From an uncultured bacterium (lineage in GTDB: Bacteria; Oederibacteriota; PGYV01; CAWJRG01), in NCBI GenBank assembly GCA_963845185.1, contig CAWJRG010000001.1, positions 270,806-334,805 of the forward strand: a stretch of DNA of 64,000 nucleotides. The letters run 5' to 3'. Position numbers and translations under genes: made by a program. The number at the start of each line of letters is the position of its first letter. The first letter of the stretch is position 1. Below, piece by piece: positions 9,228 through 16,378 of the stretch. The notes beneath the pieces were generated by a model that saw nothing but the letters and a program-made list of their open reading frames with translations, searched no databases and had not been told where the DNA came from.

Positions 9228-9980
9228 TTATCGTCTGCTTCTTAATTTGGCAAGCAGGTTCAAAATCTCTATGTAAAGCCATACCAGGGTGACTATTATG
9301 CCAAACGCAGCATACCATTCCATATATTTCGGCGCGCCTGCCTCTGCCCCTGACTCAATAAAATCAAAATCAAGAACCAGGTTCAATGACGCTATTATAA
9401 CGACAAAAACCGAAAACCCGATTCCTATCCATCCGCTCTGGTGTATATAAGGGATTCCTATATTGAAAAATCCGAGTATTAAATCAATCAAATAAACCAG
9501 GGCAATTCCGGCTGTGGCGGCAAATACACCCAGCTTGAATTTTTCCGTAACTTTTATTATCCGCGACTTATATGCAAATAAAAGCATAAGGAGCACTCCA
9601 AGCGTAAGCGACACTGCCTGTATGACAATACCCGGGTATTGCTTTTCAAATATGGCCGAAATGCCGCCAAGCACCAAACCTTCGCACAAAGCGTATAAAG
9701 AGCCTGTAATTGCAGCTATTTTTTTGATGAATATTGTAAGTAAAGCAAAAACAAGCCCTCCAATAATCCCTGCCCACAGACAAGCCATTACTGTTTGAAT
9801 ATCTCCCTTATAAAACTCCCTCCATGTCCATAAAGCCGTGCATAAAAGCAATACAGAAAAGAAAAATGTTTTATTTGTGGCACCATCTATTGTCATTTTC
9901 TGCCCGCCCGCGGCACTTTCAACTGCCTTAAAAGTGTTCTGCCCCAGAGCTGGGTTTGATGTCCTAAAAAGTCCCGGCAT
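9228..9980 (-). CDS. Bax inhibitor-1/YccA family membrane protein
   Basis: RTSNP start, multiple TM segments, LVLDFD, EWYAAFG, VWLYIEIL. Confidence 0.85.
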   Translation of the reverse strand: MPGLFRTSNPALGQNTFKAVESAAGGQKMTIDGATNKTFFFSVLLLCTALWTWREFYKGDIQTVMACLWAGIIGGLVFALLTIFIKKIAAITGSLYALCEGLVLGGISAIFEKQYPGIVIQAVSLTLGVLLMLLFAYKSRIIKVTEKFKLGVFAATAGIALVYLIDLILGFFNIGIPYIHQSGWIGIGFSVFVVIIASLNLVLDFDFIESGAEAGAPKYMEWYAAFGIIVTLVWLYIEILNLLAKLRSRR

Positions 9981-10026
9981 ATTAGTCTCCTTATGTTTGG
10001 TTTGCTTTTATAATCGTATAATCTTT

Positions 10027-10065
10027 ATATAAAAACATCTTAATGTTTTTATATCCTGATGTCAA
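10027..10065 (-). promoter_or_regulatory. sigma70 promoter with perfect 12-bp inverted repeat over the -10 box
   Basis: TTGACA-17-TAAGAT; ATATAAAAACAT-ctta-ATGTTTTTATAT at 10027-10054. Confidence 0.6.
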
Positions 10066-10090
10066 TATTAAACAAATTCTTGATAAATAA

Positions 10091-10117
10091 AAAAGGCAAC
10101 CTGTCAGGTTGCCTTTT
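10091..10117 (-). terminator. Intrinsic terminator after GH94 gene
   Basis: AAAAGGCAACCTG/CAGGTTGCCTTTT palindrome with T tracts. Confidence 0.75.
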
Positions 10118-10139
10118 ATCTTTTTAATCAAATTACAGC

Positions 10140-12488
10140 TTACCCCATTATAACTTCTATAGAATGCTCCTTGTTGTCTTTAAATATCGGCACTAAATTG
10201 CCCTTTATTATCTTGCCATCGGCCGTGACTTTTTTTACGCCTTTATTTACACCATCGGGGTTTTTTACTGTGATATTGTAAGTCGCGCCCCTGAATACCC
10301 TTTTTACCTTGAACCCCTTCCACTTTTTTGGTATACAGGGATCAATTATAAGCCCGTTAAAATCAGTCCTTACTCCAAGTATATATTGTGATATTGCCAC
10401 AAAGTTCCATGCGGCTGTGCCTGTGAGCCATGAATTTTTTGCCTGCCCAAAGTCCTTGTGTTCTTTTCCGGCTATCATCTGCGAATAAACATAAGGCTCG
10501 GTCCAGTGTACATCGGCTATGTCGTTAAGTGCTGCTGGAAGTATGGTCTTATAGTACAGCATTGCTTCCTCTCCCCTGCCCGCCATGGCTTCGGAGCACA
10601 TTGCCCATGGGTTTGTATGGCAGAATATTGCCGCGTTTTCCTTTAAGCCCTTGGGAAATACCGAAACATATCCAAGTTCCTCGTGGTGTTCCGAATATGC
10701 CGGCCAGAAAAGGACTATGCCGTATTTTGTATATAAATTTTTCTTTATGCTGTTTAAAGTGGTTATCATTCTTTCGCCTTCGGCCACTCCGGATAAAACC
10801 GCCCATGTGTTCGACTCAATCCATATTTTACCCTCCTTATTATTGGAAGAACCTACCGGTGTGCCGTCGTCTTCAAAAGCCCTTAAATACCATTCCCCGT
10901 CCCATGCTTTTTCATTTATCCTTTTCTTCATCTCTATTGCCATTTCCCTGTATTTTTCCACGTCAAGAACCCTGCCGGATTTCTCGGCAAGTTCGGCAAG
11001 AAGGTTTGCGCCAAGAACGAACTGACAGGCTATCATTACCGAAGACCCCATGCCTTTCGGCCCTGCTAAATTCAGACAGTCGTTCCAATCTGCTTTACCC
11101 GCTTTCGGCAGGCCTTGCCAGCCTGTATTATTCCATGAATATTCAATCGCCCTCTGAACATGCTCGTACATTTTTCCTTTGCTTTCATCGTTATAAGGCA
11201 CTATCTCATTTAAAAAATTGATGTCCCCAGATTCTCTTATGTAATTATGTACAGCCTGAACAAGCCATAAATGATCATCGCCAAATCCATCGCCCCTGCC
11301 CTTTTTGGTAAGCGGCGAGTAACCGTGCATGGCGCAGCCTTCGGGAAACTGAACCGAAGCTAATTCAATAAGTCTCGCCCTTACTTTATCCGGTATCTGG
11401 TGGGCAAATCCCAGCGTGTCCTGGTTTGAATCCCTGAAACCCATTCCGCGCTCCCCGCCCGCCTCGTAATATGATGCCGACCTCGACCAATTGAATGTTG
11501 TCTTGCACTGATATTGGTTCCATATATTTACCATGGAATTAATTGCCGGATCCGGGGTTTCCGCGGAATATTTGCTTAAATTATCGTCCCAGTGGCTGCG
11601 TAAATCCGCAAATTCCTTGTCAACCGAGCCTGGCTTTTTATATTTTGCAAATACTTTTTTTTCCTCGCCCATCTTTTCCTCATAACCAAGTATAAAAGTC
11701 ACCTGCTTTTCCTGCCCTGCTTTGAGGCTTACGTTAATATTAAGCCCTGCAAAAGGTGCCCATCCTACTGCGAGAGAGTTTGAGCATTTGCCTTTTTCTA
11801 CGGCTATTGGGTTTGCTTCACCCCTGTACGGCCCGGTAAAAGACTGTCTAACGCCGTCATATGAGGCTACTTTTTTATCCGCCCAGAAATAGGAAAAACA
11901 ATTCTGGTGCGCGTGATAGTTAGTTACATGGTATATTGCGTTATTTAAAAATTTTGTCTGGCCTATATTAAGGTTGTACTGAAAATCGGTTGCGTCATTT
12001 TGTGCGTCCCACATGCAGAATTCCACATAAGTAAAAAGGCTTAAACTTTTCACTTTTTTCGAATTATTTTTGATTTTAATACGCCATATTTCATGGCTTT
12101 CTCCGATAGGAACAAAGTAAGTTGTCTCGGATGCTATACCTGCGTATTCGGCCCTAATCTTGGTATAACTTAACCCGTGCCTGCATTCGTATTTATATTT
12201 TTTTAAATCCTTGTTTGTAGGTTGCCAAGACGCAGACCAGTAATCTTTTGATTTATTATCCCTGATATAAATATACCTTCCGGGCCTGTCGCTGGGAACA
12301 TTATTATAACGGTATCTAAGTATTCTCCTGTGGGCCGCATCGCGGTAAAAACTGTACCCTCCCGCGGTATTTGACATAAGACCGCAGTAAACATCCACTC
12401 CAAGATAATTAATCCATGGCAGCGGCGTATCCGGCCTTGTTATGACATATTCCCTGTTTTCGTCGTCAAAATACCCATATCGCATCAT
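10140..12488 (-). CDS. GH94 glycoside phosphorylase (cellobiose/chitobiose phosphorylase-like)
   Basis: YGYFDDENREYVIT, PWINY, GMGFRDSNQD, ADWNDCL, ENAAIFCH, SWLTGTA. Confidence 0.92.
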   Translation of the reverse strand: MMRYGYFDDENREYVITRPDTPLPWINYLGVDVYCGLMSNTAGGYSFYRDAAHRRILRYRYNNVPSDRPGRYIYIRDNKSKDYWSASWQPTNKDLKKYKYECRHGLSYTKIRAEYAGIASETTYFVPIGESHEIWRIKIKNNSKKVKSLSLFTYVEFCMWDAQNDATDFQYNLNIGQTKFLNNAIYHVTNYHAHQNCFSYFWADKKVASYDGVRQSFTGPYRGEANPIAVEKGKCSNSLAVGWAPFAGLNINVSLKAGQEKQVTFILGYEEKMGEEKKVFAKYKKPGSVDKEFADLRSHWDDNLSKYSAETPDPAINSMVNIWNQYQCKTTFNWSRSASYYEAGGERGMGFRDSNQDTLGFAHQIPDKVRARLIELASVQFPEGCAMHGYSPLTKKGRGDGFGDDHLWLVQAVHNYIRESGDINFLNEIVPYNDESKGKMYEHVQRAIEYSWNNTGWQGLPKAGKADWNDCLNLAGPKGMGSSVMIACQFVLGANLLAELAEKSGRVLDVEKYREMAIEMKKRINEKAWDGEWYLRAFEDDGTPVGSSNNKEGKIWIESNTWAVLSGVAEGERMITTLNSIKKNLYTKYGIVLFWPAYSEHHEELGYVSVFPKGLKENAAIFCHTNPWAMCSEAMAGRGEEAMLYYKTILPAALNDIADVHWTEPYVYSQMIAGKEHKDFGQAKNSWLTGTAAWNFVAISQYILGVRTDFNGLIIDPCIPKKWKGFKVKRVFRGATYNITVKNPDGVNKGVKKVTADGKIIKGNLVPIFKDNKEHSIEVIMG

Positions 12489-12597
12489 TTTTCTCCCGAT
12501 AACTGTCTTTGTTTTATTCCTGATGATTTTTTTTGGCGGGAACTATATATAAACTCCCTCACCAAACAATCACTTCCAAGATTATTTCACAAGAATA

Positions 12598-12648
12598 ATA
12601 CAGATAAAAATAAGGGGAAATTTATTTTCCCCTTATTTTTATCTGTAT
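12598..12648. terminator. Long perfect hairpin (23-bp arms), terminator or processing stem
   Basis: ATACAGATAAAAATAAGGGGAAA-tttat-TTTCCCCTTATTTTTATCTGTAT. Confidence 0.65.
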
Positions 12649-12667
12649 ATTGTAATAACTTTTATTT

Positions 12668-13696
12668 TTAAAATTTACCTATTACTGACAGATATTGCAA
12701 AGGAGTTAATTCATTATTAACCCATGCGTAATCCAATCCGATAAAATACCATCTTAAACTCGCTCCTAGCGTCCATGTAGGTTGCTGCTGCAGCCCCTGA
12801 GATATTTCGCTATAACCCTGTAATCCGCCTCTAATTCCTATCATCCTGTTCCACCAGTACTCGGCTCCAACATGGTATATAAGCTGGTATTTTGTGTCAA
12901 TATCAGCCGCAATGATAAACTCGCTTTTCATTTGTTTTAAAAAATCCATTGGCAGATTATACGCAAGCCCTGTCTTTACATTTATAGCAACCTGTTCCAT
13001 TCCGCCTAGAAAGGCGTTGATGCCAGTGCCTACTGAACCCCAGTCCATTGCACTATATATATCCTGAAAATTTACGCCGAGCGATAATCCCTGTAACCCA
13101 CTTGAAAGCGTGGCCATATTCAGATAAAGCCCTGCGTCAACACCACCACCGCTGTAATTTACTGTAGACAGGCTATAGCCCGATGGAGCAGAAGCATTTG
13201 CTATTGTCGCCGGATAATTTCCAAGCAACAGTTTACCCGATACTCCGATTGAAAAACCCTCAATAAGATTTCTTGCATATGAAACATAAATAGTGTTATC
13301 AGCATTTTCCTCCGTACCTAGAAGAGTGCCGCTACTATCCGTTATTTGTATGCCTCCAATTCCCTGCCTCAACCATGCCACGCCGAATGCGCCAATATCA
13401 TTACTTACGTTATAAACAAGATTAACGTAAGTATACTTGGTGTCAATCTGGTTATTGAAGCTCTGCGTCAATTTCACGTCCGATACTTCCACACCTTTAA
13501 CATTCACGAGTCCCGCAGGGTTCCAGTATGAGGTAGAAGCATCGTCTGCCACAGCCGCAAACGCACCTCCCATGCCAAGCGCCCTCGCGCCAACGCCAAT
13601 TGCCATCGATTCACCCGCATAGTCATCCGCATATAAACTGATTGCAAAAAACGTAAACACAACCGCCACTAAAACCATCTTCATCATTAACTTCAT
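12668..13696 (-). CDS. PorV/UPF0164-like outer-membrane beta-barrel
   Basis: Signal peptide; GARALGMGGAF...ADDAS..YWNPAGL; C-terminal Phe. Confidence 0.8.
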   Translation of the reverse strand: MKLMMKMVLVAVVFTFFAISLYADDYAGESMAIGVGARALGMGGAFAAVADDASTSYWNPAGLVNVKGVEVSDVKLTQSFNNQIDTKYTYVNLVYNVSNDIGAFGVAWLRQGIGGIQITDSSGTLLGTEENADNTIYVSYARNLIEGFSIGVSGKLLLGNYPATIANASAPSGYSLSTVNYSGGGVDAGLYLNMATLSSGLQGLSLGVNFQDIYSAMDWGSVGTGINAFLGGMEQVAINVKTGLAYNLPMDFLKQMKSEFIIAADIDTKYQLIYHVGAEYWWNRMIGIRGGLQGYSEISQGLQQQPTWTLGASLRWYFIGLDYAWVNNELTPLQYLSVIGKF

Positions 13697-13719
13697 AATC
13701 TTCTTACCTCCTTCAAAAG

Positions 13720-14820
13720 TTATATTATTGCCGTTTCGTTTGACGCGTCAAAAAAATGCGCCTTGTTCATGTCAAATACCAGCTCGAGTTCCTGGTTTAT
13801 GTCTATCTCCGCGTCGGAGTCCATCTTCGCTATGAACGGCGTCTTCCCTGTCGTCAAATACACCAGGTTTTCGCTTCCAAGCGGTTCCACTACCTCAACC
13901 GTTGCCACCACCGTATTGTCCGCGCTCGCGTTCGGAGCGTACACCTTGTCGTATATGTCTTCCGGCCTTATTCCCATTATTATCGGCTGCCCTGCCTTGC
14001 CCTTCAGCAGCGCTCCCATCGACTCCGGCACCTTTACCTCGAAATTCTCTTCGTTGAAAAATAATCCCCCTTTCTTTTCCTCCAGTATTCCGTCTATGAA
14101 ATTCATTGACGGGCTCCCTATAAATCCTGCACAGAATTTGTTCACTGGCTTATCATACAGTGTCTTCGGGTCCGCTATCTGCTGTATCTCTCCGTCCTTC
14201 ATTACCACTATCTTCTCCCCCATTGTCATTGCTTCCACCTGGTCGTGCGTTACGTATATCATTGTCGCCTGCAGCCTCGTGTGCAGCTTTGAAAGCTCTG
14301 CCCTCATCTGCACCCTTAGTTTTGCGTCCAGGTTCGACAACGGCTCGTCAAACAAGAATACCTTCGGCTTCCTTACTATCGCCCTTCCTACCGCTACCCT
14401 CTGTCTCTCTCCTCCGGACAGCTCTTTCGGCCTCCTCTTCAGCAGTTTCTGTATCCCGAGTATATCAGCCGCCTCGTCTACCCTCTGCTTTATCTCTGCC
14501 TTCGGGTATTTCCTAAGTTTTAACCCAAATGCCATATTTTCCTCTACTGTCATGTGCGGGTATAACGCGTAGTTCTGGAATACCATTGCTATATCCCTGT
14601 CTTTCGGCGGCACGTCATTTACCATCATGTCGTCTATAAATATCTCTCCTGCCGTGGCTTCCTCCAGTCCTGCCACCATCCTCAATGTCGTTGTCTTTCC
14701 GCATCCGGATGGCCCTACCAGTATTAAAAATTCTTTATCTTCGCATACTATATTTGCACCTTTTACTGCAAGTACGTTTCCGTATTTCTTCATTACATTT
14801 TTCATTACTACTCTCGCCAT
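13720..14820 (-). CDS. Sugar ABC transporter ATP-binding protein (MsmK/MalK/UgpC type)
   Basis: GPSGCGKTT, VFQNYALYPHM, LSGGERQR, DEPLSNLD, TOBE tail. Confidence 0.93.
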   Translation of the reverse strand: MARVVMKNVMKKYGNVLAVKGANIVCEDKEFLILVGPSGCGKTTTLRMVAGLEEATAGEIFIDDMMVNDVPPKDRDIAMVFQNYALYPHMTVEENMAFGLKLRKYPKAEIKQRVDEAADILGIQKLLKRRPKELSGGERQRVAVGRAIVRKPKVFLFDEPLSNLDAKLRVQMRAELSKLHTRLQATMIYVTHDQVEAMTMGEKIVVMKDGEIQQIADPKTLYDKPVNKFCAGFIGSPSMNFIDGILEEKKGGLFFNEENFEVKVPESMGALLKGKAGQPIIMGIRPEDIYDKVYAPNASADNTVVATVEVVEPLGSENLVYLTTGKTPFIAKMDSDAEIDINQELELVFDMNKAHFFDASNETAII

Positions 14821-14836
14821 TTTGTCCTCCGCTATT

Positions 14837-15225
14837 TTACAAAATTTTTAAATATAATTCCCTGCTCCTGGGACCGTCAAATTCGCAAAAATAAATTCCC
14901 TGCCATCTGCCGAGTACCATTTGCCCGCTTTTTATAAAAAAAACAATTCATTCCCAAATACCGATGATTTTATATGAGAATCCGCATTTCCTTCTCCGTG
15001 CGTATATCCGTCGCCTTCTGGTACGATTTCGCTAATTTTTCTCATTATATCATTTCTTACAGCAGGATCCGCGTTCTCATTTATAGTAAGTCCCGCAGTT
15101 GTATGCGGTACATATAAAAAAACCATGCCTTCTTTTATCTTTTCCGCAGCAACTAATTTACGCACTTCATCAGTTATTTCTATAAACTCCATTCTTTTCC
15201 TGGTGTTTATATTAATAACTTTCAT
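14837..15225 (-). pseudogene. yjbQ: YjbQ/UPF0047 family gene with one-base frameshift (real or sequencing error)
   Basis: HTTAGLTINENADP, GNADSHIKS; family C-terminus [16 protein letters not shown] continues in the -1 frame after a T8 run near 14936-14943. Confidence 0.8.
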
Positions 15226-16166
15226 TTAAATTTTAATGTTAATCCTATTCTGTGCGTGCTGCCAAGAACGCCGTAATCTTGAAACGCGTAATCAAGTTCA
15301 TAAATATCAAATTTTATACCTGCCCCTATTACAAATCCTGCCATAATTTGAGGCGTAGCTACGCCTTCTGTAACGTGATTCATATCAAACATACCCTGAT
15401 ATTGATAGCCTGTTCTAACAACAAGCAGGTCTCTGTACCAGTATTCAAAACCCGCAGCCAGAATCCCGTTTGTTTCAATTGGTTGAATATAGTCAAGCGT
15501 TAAAACCATATTGTAGAACCCCTTGTATGCCGCTCCTAGCTTAACCGTTACCGGTGGCAAAAAAGATTCTCCAAACCCAAATTTCGGCCCAAGATTCTGC
15601 AGGCAAGCCCCAAATTGAAGTCCCGGTACTTCTTGAATTTTATATATACCTCCAATATCGGCAACAAAACCAAAAGAACCTTGGTTGGCAATGGTTTCAT
15701 TAAAAAGTTTTATTGATATACCTAAAGACAATTGTTTATTGATCTGTGTGCCGTAGCCGAGATCTATGCCCAGATCTCCCGCAGAAAAAGCCGCTTGCGG
15801 ATTGCCGTTAATATCCCATCCCGGAATGTCGCCGGAATTAACGTAAACGATTGCAAGTCCAAGCGTACCAATATCACCAAAAGGATATGCGCCGGCAAGG
15901 TAATCATAAAAAATACTCTGCAGCCATATACTATGCATAAATGTGGCTTCGAAGCTTGGAAGTAACGCAAGTCCAGCTGGATTCCAGAGAGTTGCGTTTA
16001 CATCGTCGGCTAAAGCCGTAAAAGCGCCTCCCATTGCAATAGGTCTGGCACCCTCTTCCAGCTTTAAAAATGCCGCTGCTGTAGTTCCCTGATCGGCCAA
16101 TACAGTAAGCCCTGATGACAATATTATTGCTACTGTAATAACGATCAAAACCACTTTTTTACCCAT
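15222..16166 (-). CDS. PorV/UPF0164-like outer-membrane beta-barrel
   Basis: Signal peptide; AAFLKL..GARPIAMGGAF..LADD...WNPAGL; LDYAF..YG.LG.THRIGL. Confidence 0.82.
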   Translation of the reverse strand: MGKKVVLIVITVAIILSSGLTVLADQGTTAAAFLKLEEGARPIAMGGAFTALADDVNATLWNPAGLALLPSFEATFMHSIWLQSIFYDYLAGAYPFGDIGTLGLAIVYVNSGDIPGWDINGNPQAAFSAGDLGIDLGYGTQINKQLSLGISIKLFNETIANQGSFGFVADIGGIYKIQEVPGLQFGACLQNLGPKFGFGESFLPPVTVKLGAAYKGFYNMVLTLDYIQPIETNGILAAGFEYWYRDLLVVRTGYQYQGMFDMNHVTEGVATPQIMAGFVIGAGIKFDIYELDYAFQDYGVLGSTHRIGLTLKFK

Positions 16167-16195
16167 AAAAACACTTCCTCTCGGTATTTTTTAAA

Positions 16196-16224
16196 ATATT
16201 AGCATTTCTTTTTATAAGTGTCAA
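16196..16224 (-). promoter_or_regulatory. sigma70 promoter
   Basis: TTGACA-17-TAATAT with TG extension. Confidence 0.55.
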
Positions 16225-16269
16225 GTTTAAACTATTCATAGTTAAACCTTACTTTACTTCTTAATCTTT

Positions 16270-16297
16270 TTAGACAAATTATAAAATCAAAAGTTCC
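16270..16297 (-). promoter_or_regulatory. ECF/sigmaE-type promoter candidate
   Basis: GGAACT-16-GTCTAA. Confidence 0.5.
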
Positions 16298-16378
16298 GTT
16301 TATTTTATAGTATATTTATATAGTACCATCAACGGCGTCCACGTTATGAAACATTTGTGCTAAAAACTTACATTTTCT

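Noticed and set aside
13763..14572. Long plus-strand ORF (also 21426-22100, 51703-52611 and similar)
   Set aside because: Antisense shadows of well-supported minus-strand genes, no recognisable motifs
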